Shown: piece after piece, positions 26,198-36,742 of the stretch
Layout of the letters: every line of letters begins with the position of its first letter
Position numbering within the stretch: position 1 is the first letter of the stretch
Virus record (IMG/VR): IMGVR_UViG_3300024520_000102
Location: 1 to 52,331 of that record
DNA from: a virus
Taxonomy: Duplodnaviria > Caudoviricetes
Strand: one strand, 5' to 3'
DNA: 52,331 nucleotides
Notes under the pieces: generated by a model
The model's database searches: none
Seen by the model: the letters and a program-made list of their open reading frames with translations, nothing else
Told to the model about the DNA's origin: nothing
Made by a program: the position numbers and the translations under genes

Positions 26198-29100
26198 GCA
26201 ACTCTAATTTCAAACCGTCCCGTAAACGGGTTATACCGTTTACTCCCCACCTCAACATCATCGTAACACCCCACTGCTTTATCAGTAATTTCGTATGAAT
26301 AACCACAGCATGGAGCGACTGGCACGTCTACAACGTCAGCCGCTTCGTCTGTGTCATCAGCACAACATAGAGCGTTTATACCGTGGTGGCTCGGTTGACT
26401 GATGATACTAGCCTCTGTCAGCGCTGTGGCGTTGTCTATGAAGCAAATTATATCGTTGTTCCCTTCCAGTAGAAACATTTCGGTTTCAGTGCCAACTTCA
26501 AACGGTATGTCCTGTAAATAGCTACTTTTGGCGCTTGGCTGTCCCTCTAGGTTTATCTCAACATATTCACCATCACCGATTAGGTAATCAAATAACAACC
26601 CCTTACCCGTTGAGTTATTCCTAACCTCCAGTAGTCGCCCTTCGCCCCTAACTACTATTCTTGGCTTGCTCTCAACGCTACCACTATAAAAAATGCTAGT
26701 TACTCCGCTTGACCTTAACGCCCTAATCCCTTGATAGCCGATAGCAATCAGCCCATTAGAACCGCTGGCAATGGTGTTAGTCTTAGTTCCAATCTGAAAC
26801 CTAAGCCCTAAATCACGCAATACGAAGCCGTCCCACACAAAAGCGCCACCCTCTCCAACAGACAATAAATCCTCATTTTCGTCAACGGTCAACGCCCTAA
26901 TTCGCCCGATGTTTCGCCCAACAACAACCATTTCCCCATCAACCCATTGGTTGATCCCTTGGTCGTTTCCAACATACAGGGCATCATTGATACTCTGAAC
27001 CGCAAAAGTTGCAGGGCCAGATAATTGCCCTTGCCATTGACCATTTTGTAGACTGATAAAATTATAGTAGGGAAAGAACCCACCGGGGTCATCAATAATG
27101 GTGTAATTCGTTATCACTTCACTCTTACTACTTTCAGTTAGCAAGTTGTCAGCCGAATAGTCAAACGTGATGGTATTCTCGTTAGTAGCACCGCTATCTG
27201 TGGTCGTCAACAGTGTGACAATCACCGAACCGCCCGGCGTTACCCCCGTCAGGTCAATCGTTGGCGTTTTGGTGGTGTAAACGTTGGCGTTAGCGTCGTT
27301 TGACCAGTCCCATGATGCGATTGGGTCATCTTCGCTCTCACCGCTTGCCGTCTCTGTTGTCACGCTCTCACAGTCACCACTATCATCAGTTTCAATACAG
27401 CATGAAGCCGTAAACGGAATAGCCGTGAGGATACTATACTCTTTTTTATTCTCACTTGCTCTAAATTGGAGTAATGTACTAGCGCCGTCATCATCGTCAT
27501 ACACATTATACACGATGGTTTGTGTAAGCGTGTTACCGCTTGCCGTGGTAACGACTAAAGTCAGAGTGACATAATCCGCTACAGGTGCGGGCATGACATC
27601 GTAACCAATTACGTCTCTGGTTGCGGCAGTGTTTACATTGCCGTCATTGCTCCATGCATAACTTACGATTGCGTCATTATCGCTTACATTGTTATTGTCT
27701 GTGGTTAATTTGAGTGTAGTGTATTCACTAGACACAACCTTAATCTGTACATCTAACTCAATCGGAGTTATATCTGCCGTTGGCTCACAGAACAATTCAA
27801 AATCAGTTGTTTCGGCCCCGATAGTCTCACCGATTATACCGTTTGACGTATTGAACAGGCCCGCCGCCGAAACATTACCATCACGGTCAATATCTATATC
27901 AAAAACCTCACCAACCAACCCATCGGCAAGCGTTGACCACACTCCGTTTTCTAGCCGTTCTATTCTGTCCTTTGTCCCTGCTACATAAATGCGGCCTCGA
28001 TTGTCGGATTGTATTACTCTAAATTGGTCGCTGTCTGTCCATAGATTTAATGTAATTCGTGACGGGTCACCACTTCGCCAGTAGCTAACACGTGAAAGAT
28101 TAGCGGCTGTTTGTTCAAGCAAAAAGAAAGTCCTGTCAGGTGTTACGGTAAAGTCGCTTGGTACATCTCCACCGACAAACCCGATTGCATTAGTCCATGC
28201 ACCATCAATATACAAACCAAACTGATTTAACAGAGTAGTTCCGGCGTTGACGAATAGCCCCATCGCGTACAACTCATCGCCAAAGTATTCTAATTTGAAT
28301 ACTTCACCATCCGGTATCCCGCCGGTTGGCTCTACCCACTTACCCGCTTCGTCTCTAATCGCTAAATGTTTAGTAACGACTAGCTGAGAAACTTCTAACG
28401 CCTGCCCCCGTTCTCGCATCCGGTGAAAGAATGGGTTATAGGCCGTAAAGTTTAGCCTAACATCCTGTTGATATAGGCCCGATATGTTGCCCTCTAATCC
28501 TCCGTTGTACACGGCATCAATCTGGAGTAGTCGCCCGTCACATTCGCAATCTTGATACAAGAGCCTGAGCAACCCGTCTTGGCTGGCGATATTTGGTTTT
28601 ACAATTCGTTCAATTCCGAATAAGTCACATTGAACTAAATCCAACTGAGCGCCACAAACAGAACCCGATAGCGAAAAATCACGCTCGTTCGCTATCGTGC
28701 GACGGTATAGAGCGCCGGGCTGTAGAGCTAAATTAGTAGCGGTATTATCGTATGTGGTAAAATTCACATCAGCGAAGTTAGTAAATTGTAAACCGTATTC
28801 TGAGAAGTTTTCTATCTTGCCACCGCTCCGAGTTGTTAGCCGTTTACTCTCACTTTGGTGGGGAACGCCTAGCCAGTAATAGTTATTGCTGTCATCATTC
28901 CCAAAGCCAAGGGTAGACCCATCGAAGTAAGTTGATGCCACCCCGCCCGCTTCTAGTTGCACGCCATCAAAATACACAATTCGGGTAACGTCGTTTGTAC
29001 CAAGATACAGCGATACCCCGACTGTCCCCGCTGTTAGCGAGGCCGTGGCCGTCAACCGTTGCCAATCTATATCAGTCGGCTTAGTCGATATTGCTATGAT

Positions 29101-29463
29101 GTTGGTCGGGACAGTCTGCCAGATGGCAAGCGTAACCTCTCTAGTTTCGCCTGTGAGGGCGAAAGGATACAGGACGTAACACGAGGCGGTATATACCCCA
29201 TCGTCGGGGATAGTAGCGGTTATATCAGTTCCGACATCATCGTTGGCTGTTACCCCATCACCCCACATTTGGAGCGAATACCCCCCGTTGTGACTGGTTA
29301 TACCTGTCCTTGCAACGGAGGCATACCCTGACCAGCCGACTAAAGAACGCTCAAATGAGGGGTTAGTTATGTGGTTTTTAGCAGGGTGAGAGGTAATGAT
29401 ATACCAATTTCGTGGTAGCTCATAGCCGGTTGTGTGGCGTGGAATTATCTTATGTGTTTTCAT
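26194..29463 (-). CDS. distal-tail (Dit)-like protein with carbohydrate-binding, beta-propeller and PKD-like insertions
   Basis: NPSFE...FDGVQLE CBM; PGALY...FTAYNPFF and YSGSVESKP...LLEGNNDI Dit halves; two I-x-S-(Y/W)-x-WSND repeats. Confidence 0.75.
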   Translation of the reverse strand: MKTHKIIPRHTTGYELPRNWYIITSHPAKNHITNPSFERSLVGWSGYASVARTGITSHNGGYSLQMWGDGVTANDDVGTDITATIPDDGVYTASCYVLYPFALTGETREVTLAIWQTVPTNIIAISTKPTDIDWQRLTATASLTAGTVGVSLYLGTNDVTRIVYFDGVQLEAGGVASTYFDGSTLGFGNDDSNNYYWLGVPHQSESKRLTTRSGGKIENFSEYGLQFTNFADVNFTTYDNTATNLALQPGALYRRTIANERDFSLSGSVCGAQLDLVQCDLFGIERIVKPNIASQDGLLRLLYQDCECDGRLLQIDAVYNGGLEGNISGLYQQDVRLNFTAYNPFFHRMRERGQALEVSQLVVTKHLAIRDEAGKWVEPTGGIPDGEVFKLEYFGDELYAMGLFVNAGTTLLNQFGLYIDGAWTNAIGFVGGDVPSDFTVTPDRTFFLLEQTAANLSRVSYWRSGDPSRITLNLWTDSDQFRVIQSDNRGRIYVAGTKDRIERLENGVWSTLADGLVGEVFDIDIDRDGNVSAAGLFNTSNGIIGETIGAETTDFELFCEPTADITPIELDVQIKVVSSEYTTLKLTTDNNNVSDNDAIVSYAWSNDGNVNTAATRDVIGYDVMPAPVADYVTLTLVVTTASGNTLTQTIVYNVYDDDDGASTLLQFRASENKKEYSILTAIPFTASCCIETDDSGDCESVTTETASGESEDDPIASWDWSNDANANVYTTKTPTIDLTGVTPGGSVIVTLLTTTDSGATNENTITFDYSADNLLTESSKSEVITNYTIIDDPGGFFPYYNFISLQNGQWQGQLSGPATFAVQSINDALYVGNDQGINQWVDGEMVVVGRNIGRIRALTVDENEDLLSVGEGGAFVWDGFVLRDLGLRFQIGTKTNTIASGSNGLIAIGYQGIRALRSSGVTSIFYSGSVESKPRIVVRGEGRLLEVRNNSTGKGLLFDYLIGDGEYVEINLEGQPSAKSSYLQDIPFEVGTETEMFLLEGNNDIICFIDNATALTEASIISQPSHHGINALCCADDTDEAADVVDVPVAPCCGYSYEITDKAVGCYDDVEVGSKRYNPFTGRFEIRVA

Positions 29464-29478
29464 AGTTTTATTTTATAG

Positions 29479-29544
29479 CGTAGGGTAAACGTAGGGTAAT
29501 CGTATAGTTCCCGTCAAGTACGAATTAGAAAAGTAGGTTATACT
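29479..29544 (+). promoter_or_regulatory. phage repeat-promoter copy 10
   Basis: CGTAGGGTAAA CGTAGGGTAAT CGTATAGTTCC CGTCAAG-N20-TATACT. Confidence 0.85.
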
Positions 29545-29590
29545 GTAGTCAGTTCCAAATTAACCAGTAACAACTAACGGAGATTATAAA

Positions 29591-30178
29591 ATGGCTAATT
29601 CAATTATGAACCCCGCTTATTATTTATCAGTAAAAGCAGATGAGGCCGGAATGACTGCTAAGGCTAAATTAAAACTAGTAAAAGGTTTAGACACTTTCAG
29701 ATTTAACCTAGACAATGAATTATTCGACACTAACGAAACAACAATCTATGATTATGACGACATGGCTATCATGGAAGCATATTGGAACGGTAAGTCAATA
29801 ACTGAAACAGTTATTGCGTTGACTGCTACAGACCAAGATGACACAGACCAAGTAATGTCAACAACAACTATGACTAAAGAACGAATAGTACAACATTTAC
29901 AGCATCTCGCAAATAACAATTTTTTAACAGGTGACATTACTGACACCCACACCGCCGTTTCCTACATCAAGGGAAACGCCTACGCCGACCATATGAATAA
30001 AATTATCGACCTTATCGCTCACAAAGACTTATCTGTTGCAACTCTTGATTTGGCCTCTGATCTGCAAGGCGGGCGTTCAAAAAGTACTGATGTTGTTATG
30101 GACTTGCAGTTTGAAATGCAATGGTTAGCTAAAGCTAACGCTCTGGCTACCATTACGCTAGACAGTCTAGTTGAATGA
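29591..30178 (+). CDS. hypothetical protein (antisense cassette 3)
   Basis: 195 aa, GGAG RBS. Confidence 0.7.
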   Translation: MANSIMNPAYYLSVKADEAGMTAKAKLKLVKGLDTFRFNLDNELFDTNETTIYDYDDMAIMEAYWNGKSITETVIALTATDQDDTDQVMSTTTMTKERIVQHLQHLANNNFLTGDITDTHTAVSYIKGNAYADHMNKIIDLIAHKDLSVATLDLASDLQGGRSKSTDVVMDLQFEMQWLAKANALATITLDSLVE

Positions 30179-30226
30179 TGCCTTTTTATTAGCTGGTTAC
30201 AGTCAAGTTAGAATAGGAGTAACACA

Positions 30227-30418
30227 ATGAAACATAAAAAAGAAATGAGTGGAAAAGAAATGCGCCTTGCAATTTTGCAAGGCAAGGCCAAGCTATTACG
30301 CAGGGTTGGAGTACAACGCCGCCCTGTTTATCAGATTGACGATAAAATTTATGAACAAGCTATTTATTTTGATGATGGATACACACACTCTCATTTTTAT
30401 TTAAAAGGCAATGATTAG
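30227..30418 (+). CDS. hypothetical protein (antisense cassette 3)
   Basis: 63 aa, AGGAG RBS. Confidence 0.6.
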   Translation: MKHKKEMSGKEMRLAILQGKAKLLRRVGVQRRPVYQIDDKIYEQAIYFDDGYTHSHFYLKGND

Positions 30419-30427
30419 ATTTAGGCC

Positions 30428-33400
30428 CTAAGCCAAAGCCTGCAACCTGCCAAAGTCAGCGGTTAAACTAGCCGCTGGCTGTTGGCTGTTTACAGTCAAG
30501 TTAAAATTATTCACACTTGAGCTATTTTGCACTGAACTAAAAGAGCTAAATGAACCGCTTGCAATACCGCCCGCCGCTCCACCAGCCGCCGTAGCATTAG
30601 CGCCTTGAGCCGTTCCTCCACCGCCTGCCGCTTGGATTGCTTGCAAAAATGAGGCAATCTCTCCTAGCAGGTTTTTAATTTCAGTCAGTGGCTCTATAGC
30701 CGCCTCTGCATTGCTTGCTACCACGTCCCACCACATCCCAAACGCCTCGACAACCGGATTAAGTTTTAGTAGCATGCTGTTCATCCGTTGCAAGTCCTGT
30801 GTTATCTTCCTAATCGCCGTATCCGCCGCTCCTAGCGCAGGGTTGACGTTTCCGCTTACTGTACCTGCCACAGTATCAAAAGCGGGTATAACGTTAGCTG
30901 ACATCACAGAGCCAACTTGAGAGAGAGCGGGCGACAATTGGCCTGTCAATGTGGCGCTAGTTGCAGTTGCCTCCTCTTGAAAAACACCGGTGACATCCCC
31001 AATGTCTGCGAAGGCAGGGGCCACGGTTGACGATACAATTTCGCCCGTCTCGGCTAAGGCCGAGCCTAGCCCGTCCTTAATTGACGTTGCAAAGGCGAAT
31101 ATTCCGCCTCCAGATGGGTCGGCCTCACCGCCCGTCAGGAGTTCTCCAAGGTTTAACTCAGGTAACTCTAAGCCTTCTGTCAGCGTTCCTAAGCCCTCAC
31201 CAACAGCGGCGATACCAGCCCCTAGAGTACCTGTCAATGCATCCGCTACTAAGCTGGCGTTGTTTATGATACCTTGTACTAGTCCTTGTATTAAGTTGAG
31301 GCCGAATTCGGCAAATAGAGTAGATGGGGAGGCGATACCAAAAAATGCGGCGAACTCATCAGCAATTGCCTGAGATATGGCTGTTATGCCTGATGTTAAG
31401 GCAGTAAGCCCAATCTCAAGACCTGTTGCGATTCCTTGCGCTAATGCAATCCCAACCGCATTAAACGCTAACAATGCCTCATTTGCTGTCAGTTCGCTAA
31501 TTCTGCCAAGTGTAGTATTTAATTCCGAGACTGTGGCAATCTCTAATTCTCCGCCTGTAAAGTACTCGACAAAACCAGCCCCTAACTTAGCCGCTAATTG
31601 TCCGCCTACAACAATCAAAACACCAGCCGCCGCCGCTAACCCCCTCCCAATCTGTAACGCTAAACCAGTCAGAACGCCTGCCAATTCGGGCAATTCCTCG
31701 GCACTTGTTGTGATACCTGCCACAATGATGCTTGCTATCTGCGTCGTCATGGTGTCTACGCCCGCAAGAAATTCTGAGCTATTCGTAAACTCGACAAAGC
31801 CGTCAATGAGAGGCGCAAGAAGAGCCGTCGCACCTTCTATAAGATCATTTCTAAGATCATTTCTTATGGATGACGCTCCGCTTATCGCTGTTGAGAGAAT
31901 AGAGCCGAAATCAAAGGCCGCTATCTGGCCTATGTCGAAAGTAGAAAACACGTCAAACAAGGAGGTGAATTGAGCGCTTAATTCGTTAATTAGTCCTACT
32001 GTTTCAGGACTAAAGCCAAGCACCGCAGCCAAGCCTCCAGCCGATTCAATAGCCCCTAAGCCCTCGAAGCTGGAAAGGAATGCATTAACGCCGGGGACTA
32101 AGCCCTCGTCAAACGCTTGACCGATGGCGTATATCTGATTTGCCGTGTCAACACTAAAGCCAAAATCAAAAGCGAGGTCTGATAAATCACTGCCGATTGC
32201 TGAGAAGTCTATAGGGCCAAATTCGGGAATAGTCAGCCCTGAAAAATCAAAGTCAGGTAACGTCAACTCTGGTATTTCAATACCAGCTAACGCCGTCTGA
32301 AAAACATCACTAAATTTTATTAAATTGTCAGTGGCCCTGACCAGTAACGGGCCACCAAAAGCGAGTAACTTATCACCAATGGTATCTAAAACATCATTTC
32401 CAACATTCTTGAGTATTTGCAGTTTGCTCGCTATAGTGGCGTATCTTGCGTCGCTCTCTTTAATGGCGGCGTTGTTCTCTTCCCACCCTCTGTTGGCTAC
32501 GTCGATACTTTCGGCTAATTGCCCCTGAGCGCCTGCTATTAGCTTAAATGTGCTAACTGCTTGGCTGTTTTTATCTAAATCTAATACACTTAATGCCCCT
32601 TCAATTGACCCGCCCGCCGCTTGTATTGCCTCCAATCCTCCGGTATAAAGCTCTAGGCCCTTAACAGCGTCATTAGCTATAATTTCCCTAAATTGGTCTA
32701 TTGACGTGATCACATTGCCTTGCTCATCAACAAACGTTTGGGCGTTTTTTGATGCAATATCATATAGCTGACCAATGCCGGGATCAGTTACTAATTGACC
32801 ATTTGTAGATATTAGTTGTTGCTCAGTACCTCGTAGGGTTGATAATTCATTCTCTAAATCTTGCACACCTCGCACGGCCTTAAATAAACCACGCCCTTCG
32901 GTTGCTCCTAGTTGGTCGCCAAAGTCCTCAGCCGCCCCGCCTGCCGCTATAAACGCCGCTCTTTGGTCTAACAATGAACGCCCTGTTATACCTGATTGAG
33001 CTTCCATTGTTTGCAAATTGCCTTTTGCGAGTGTTAATTTTTCTATTAACGCCTGTTGCGCTTCGTTATTTTCGCCAATCGCCCCCGTATTATCTGCGAA
33101 TGTATCAGAACTACCTTTGACGATGCTATCAATTTCAGCTAAGGCTTTTGATACCGCCGTTCCCCCCGTTTCGGCTGTAATCCCCACAGATGAAAACGCC
33201 GCCCCAATCCCTAAAATATTAGCCTGAGTAAGACCCGCTGAATTTCCAGCCCCCGCAATCCTTTGTGTAAATCTTAAAATTTGAGTTTCTGTCGTTGCGG
33301 AATTGTTACCTAATTCAACAACAGCATTGCCTAAATGCTCAACATTAGCGGCCCTGTCGTCAACAGAACCCGCATATACATTAGTAACCTGAGCTAAAAC

Positions 33401-33949
33401 GGTAGCTAGTTCCCCCTCATCTATTCCTGTTGATACACTAGTTCTTGTTATGCTCTCAGCAAAATTAACTAATGTTTCTTGTGCATCATCGGTATCTAAC
33501 CCAACAGTAATCCCAAGTTGAGCGCCTAGCCCTGCTGTTTCCGCTAATGTGTCAAATGTAGCGGGGATTTTTTTGGACAAATCGCTCAACGCTTGGTCAA
33601 ATTCCAAACCAGCCGCTGTTAATTCTAGCAATCCATCGGCGTTAATATTCGCCAACCCGTCAACGACTTTAGAAACGGAAGCGAAGGCTTGCTCTTGAGC
33701 GATTGAAACAGAGACACCCGCCGCCCCTAGTCCCACCATACCAGCCGCAAGTGCCGCTACGCCCGCTAAAGCGGCCCCGCCTGCAATTGCGCCAACATTC
33801 CCGAAAGAACTACCGGCGGCGCTCATGCTGTCGCTGGTCTGAACTGTGACACGGTTTAGACTTTTTATTTCGCTCCGATAAGTCCCAGCCGAACGAGTAA
33901 AGCTACTTATATCGAATATGGCCTCTAAGCCTATTTTTTGAAATGCCAT
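30428..33949 (-). CDS. tail tape measure protein (TP901-type core)
   Basis: 1173 aa Ala/Gly-rich; LGNNSATTETQI...AETGGTAVS core; follows the chaperones. Confidence 0.92.
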   Translation of the reverse strand: MAFQKIGLEAIFDISSFTRSAGTYRSEIKSLNRVTVQTSDSMSAAGSSFGNVGAIAGGAALAGVAALAAGMVGLGAAGVSVSIAQEQAFASVSKVVDGLANINADGLLELTAAGLEFDQALSDLSKKIPATFDTLAETAGLGAQLGITVGLDTDDAQETLVNFAESITRTSVSTGIDEGELATVLAQVTNVYAGSVDDRAANVEHLGNAVVELGNNSATTETQILRFTQRIAGAGNSAGLTQANILGIGAAFSSVGITAETGGTAVSKALAEIDSIVKGSSDTFADNTGAIGENNEAQQALIEKLTLAKGNLQTMEAQSGITGRSLLDQRAAFIAAGGAAEDFGDQLGATEGRGLFKAVRGVQDLENELSTLRGTEQQLISTNGQLVTDPGIGQLYDIASKNAQTFVDEQGNVITSIDQFREIIANDAVKGLELYTGGLEAIQAAGGSIEGALSVLDLDKNSQAVSTFKLIAGAQGQLAESIDVANRGWEENNAAIKESDARYATIASKLQILKNVGNDVLDTIGDKLLAFGGPLLVRATDNLIKFSDVFQTALAGIEIPELTLPDFDFSGLTIPEFGPIDFSAIGSDLSDLAFDFGFSVDTANQIYAIGQAFDEGLVPGVNAFLSSFEGLGAIESAGGLAAVLGFSPETVGLINELSAQFTSLFDVFSTFDIGQIAAFDFGSILSTAISGASSIRNDLRNDLIEGATALLAPLIDGFVEFTNSSEFLAGVDTMTTQIASIIVAGITTSAEELPELAGVLTGLALQIGRGLAAAAGVLIVVGGQLAAKLGAGFVEYFTGGELEIATVSELNTTLGRISELTANEALLAFNAVGIALAQGIATGLEIGLTALTSGITAISQAIADEFAAFFGIASPSTLFAEFGLNLIQGLVQGIINNASLVADALTGTLGAGIAAVGEGLGTLTEGLELPELNLGELLTGGEADPSGGGIFAFATSIKDGLGSALAETGEIVSSTVAPAFADIGDVTGVFQEEATATSATLTGQLSPALSQVGSVMSANVIPAFDTVAGTVSGNVNPALGAADTAIRKITQDLQRMNSMLLKLNPVVEAFGMWWDVVASNAEAAIEPLTEIKNLLGEIASFLQAIQAAGGGGTAQGANATAAGGAAGGIASGSFSSFSSVQNSSSVNNFNLTVNSQQPAASLTADFGRLQALA

Positions 33950-33962
33950 AAGTTATTGTCTC

Positions 33963-34262
33963 TTATTTCTTAGGTGTGTTTTTCTTAGCTTGTAACTTTT
34001 GGTCAACATCCATAATTGCCATTTTCTTGTTCTGATTGACGAAATAGGCAGTCCATTCTACACGATGCCAATAATCTAGCCCGTCCCACTCATCCTGAGT
34101 TACGCCTAATTCCTTCATGCAATATAGCTCAAAAACCCGCCCGTCTTCGTCCCCCCAAGGGGTTGAAAATTGCTTAAGCCAATAGTCAAGCGGTTCGCCT
34201 TTATAGTCCGTTGGCTCAAAAGGTTTCGGTGACTTTCGCCACGTCTTCACCTTTGACCCCAT
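33963..34262 (-). CDS. tail assembly chaperone, downstream (T-like) frame
   Basis: overlaps the upstream chaperone in the +1 frame; no RBS seen before its ATG. Confidence 0.7.
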   Translation of the reverse strand: MGSKVKTWRKSPKPFEPTDYKGEPLDYWLKQFSTPWGDEDGRVFELYCMKELGVTQDEWDGLDYWHRVEWTAYFVNQNKKMAIMDVDQKLQAKKNTPKK

Positions 34263-34743
34263 TTAATGCTTGAAAAACTTCTTTTAGGCGTAGTTGCTCG
34301 CTTTCAGATGGAGCAACCTCGCTAGCAATCCACATCAATTTAATTTCATCTGCGCTCATATCATCTAATAAATCCATTTCTCTTAACTCTTCGATGAATT
34401 CATCGGATGGTGTATCCACAAACGCATTGGTCATGGTCAGGGTGTTAGAGTTTGCGGTGAAGGTGGCGTTATATTGCTTAAGTTTTGCCTTATACGATGC
34501 CCACAGCGATTTGTCACTATCGGAGGCTTGGGGGCTGTCAACCATCACCTGAGTTATCAACTCTGTTACGCTATGCTCCCCGCCCGTTGGCGTTTTGAAG
34601 GTGTGCAGATATGTTGGCTGTTCGGGCTTCTTAATCTCTCTATGAGTTAGCTTTTCAGCTTTCAGCATTAAGAGCCATTTGTTGATTGGTTTAATTTTGT
34701 AGGTCTGTCCGTTATCGTTTACGAACATTTGGGATTTAGTCAT
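34216..34743 (-). CDS. tail assembly chaperone (G-like)
   Basis: between tail tube and tape measure; ends ACC-TTT-TGA. Confidence 0.75.
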   Translation of the reverse strand: MTKSQMFVNDNGQTYKIKPINKWLLMLKAEKLTHREIKKPEQPTYLHTFKTPTGGEHSVTELITQVMVDSPQASDSDKSLWASYKAKLKQYNATFTANSNTLTMTNAFVDTPSDEFIEELREMDLLDDMSADEIKLMWIASEVAPSESEQLRLKEVFQALNGVKGEDVAKVTETF

Positions 34744-34763
34744 AATTGGTATTTTCCTTTAAC

Positions 34764-34795
34764 AAAAAACCCCCCTCAACTGAGGAGGGTTTTTT
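34764..34795. terminator. intrinsic terminator after the tail tube gene
   Basis: AAAAAACCCCCCTCA-AC-TGAGGAGGGTTTTTT. Confidence 0.8.
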
Positions 34796-34808
34796 GATTT
34801 AGTTTAAT

Positions 34809-36278
34809 TTATCGCTTAACGTTGGTAGCTTTAATGATGATACCACCCGCCCCCACCGCATACGGTTGGCCGCCTGCCATTGCAATAGCGTTATATCCGG
34901 TGTTGGTGATAGCGTCTGTTAGTTCCCATGTTCGCCCACCATTGATACTGTATACAATTGTACCCGGATTTGAACCAGCCGCCTTATTGTACACTACCCA
35001 AACGGTACAGCCGTCAACGACCATATCAATGCCGGTATTGCCCGTAGCGCCGGGTACTGATAGCTCGTTAATAACTTCGTCCTGCTCAATCAGCGTATAG
35101 TAAAATTCGCCAGTGGCAGTAAATGCAAGCCATGCCTCATCACTCCACTCAAGAGATATGATATTGCCGGTGATTGTGGCTTGGCTGATTGAGCTTTCTG
35201 TCCAACTCTCACCGCCGTTTTTGGTGAATAAAACATGACCACTATCGCCACCAACTAAGCCGGTAATGTCGTCAAAGAACGAGCCGGCGTTCAAGGAATC
35301 AGAGCCGTGAGCCACGCCATCATATAGTTGAGACCAACTAATGGCGTTGTCCTCAGAGACGTAGATTTCTCCGATAGAGGTTAGCAGGAATAGTTTATTG
35401 TTAGGGCCTTCAAACAGCGCATTAGGGCCACCTGCTACGCCAGCGGTAGCGAGTGGGACGGCGGTATAAGTAATGCCGTCATCAGTATAAACGATGTCAA
35501 CGCCCGGCGTTAGTTGAACGTTTAAAGCGTAAACGTTACGGACAAAGCCGCCTGAAATTGTGGCAACAACAGAGGCGACGCTATCAAGAATAGCGGTACT
35601 AATGTCGCCCGTCCCGTAAATCTCACCCTGAACACATCTGTTAGCGAGTGTAACACTTTGCAGAGTTGAGGTATCATCCTCTCCAGCCGCTACCATCGTT
35701 TCACAAGCGGCAATCGTATCATCACAACCAGCGCCACAGTTATTCTCATCATACGCAAAATCAACAGCGTTGATGTCATAGGGGTAGGCGGTGTTAGGGA
35801 TGTCAACTAGTTGATATGGTCTGATCTCGGTAACGTCAGATGGGCTTGCAATCATCGTGTAAGTTTTACCTAACACGTTATCAGCCCTGAAATCTCCACC
35901 TAATCCGGTTACTCCAATTGATTGAAACTCGGTATTTTCAAAGCGGTACACAACTTGCCACCCACCAAAAACGCCACGTTTCGGGCAATGGAGAGACATG
36001 TAAATAACCCAATCACATTTACCCTCGCTTACTAGAGTATCAAACCAGTTAGCCTCGGTGTCAAAGCTACTTTGAATTGTTAGCTCTACATCTTCTGGAG
36101 CGTCTAAGGTTTTGGTGGTCGCCTCATACTTGCCAAGCGAATTGATACAATAAACGGTTGTTTTTGTACCTTCTGAAATTGTAAAATCATCGGGCAAACT
36201 ACACGGAATTTCATAAATCTCATCGCTACAGTCTGGTTGTAGCCATAATGTAGCGCCACGACTTGTTAATTCTGTCAT
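34809..36278 (-). CDS. major tail (tube) protein with C-terminal BNR-repeat beta-propeller
   Basis: position before terminator and chaperones; Asp-box repeats SEDNAISWS, TKNGGESWT, SINGGRTWE. Confidence 0.7.
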   Translation of the reverse strand: MTELTSRGATLWLQPDCSDEIYEIPCSLPDDFTISEGTKTTVYCINSLGKYEATTKTLDAPEDVELTIQSSFDTEANWFDTLVSEGKCDWVIYMSLHCPKRGVFGGWQVVYRFENTEFQSIGVTGLGGDFRADNVLGKTYTMIASPSDVTEIRPYQLVDIPNTAYPYDINAVDFAYDENNCGAGCDDTIAACETMVAAGEDDTSTLQSVTLANRCVQGEIYGTGDISTAILDSVASVVATISGGFVRNVYALNVQLTPGVDIVYTDDGITYTAVPLATAGVAGGPNALFEGPNNKLFLLTSIGEIYVSEDNAISWSQLYDGVAHGSDSLNAGSFFDDITGLVGGDSGHVLFTKNGGESWTESSISQATITGNIISLEWSDEAWLAFTATGEFYYTLIEQDEVINELSVPGATGNTGIDMVVDGCTVWVVYNKAAGSNPGTIVYSINGGRTWELTDAITNTGYNAIAMAGGQPYAVGAGGIIIKATNVKR

Positions 36279-36742
36279 CTTGAAAATCTCCTTAAGTTGG
36301 CGGATAAATTCCGCCCTATTTTTTTCAGCCGCTTTCTAGCTAGTGGCTCAATTTGCTTATCGAATTCACGTGCTTTGATGCCGGGGAGGGGTTTAGGGCT
36401 AAAGTATGTCCCAAAGAACGCCCCTTTTTTAGCTGGTATTCTGCCAACTTTGGTTTTTGCTACAAAATCATCGGGTTTCTTCATTCCTACCCATCTAACC
36501 CGTGTACCACCTGACACGTAATTATAAATAGCTTTCCTAGTCGATACCTCAACCCTCAACGCTCGGTTTGTATACTTCGTTTTAGGTCGCCAGTTCGGGG
36601 TGTTTTTCTTTGACCACGTTCTAGTTGTCAGTGCAAATTGCGCCGACATAAACGCCCCAATGTCATCAGCGGCCCGTTTTAATTCCTTCTCTGCCTTCTT
36701 AAAATCTGGCACTTTTGCGGTAATCGCCTTAGTTTTTATCAC
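36275..36742 (-). CDS. neck/tail-completion protein
   Basis: basic 155 aa, YVSGGTR...PGIKAREF motif of HK97-gp10-like proteins. Confidence 0.6.
   Translation of the reverse strand: MIKTKAITAKVPDFKKAEKELKRAADDIGAFMSAQFALTTRTWSKKNTPNWRPKTKYTNRALRVEVSTRKAIYNYVSGGTRVRWVGMKKPDDFVAKTKVGRIPAKKGAFFGTYFSPKPLPGIKAREFDKQIEPLARKRLKKIGRNLSANLRRFSR

Noticed and set aside
31840-31863. 12-bp tandem duplication in the tape measure gene
   Set aside because: In-frame slippage event, ordinary for tape measures
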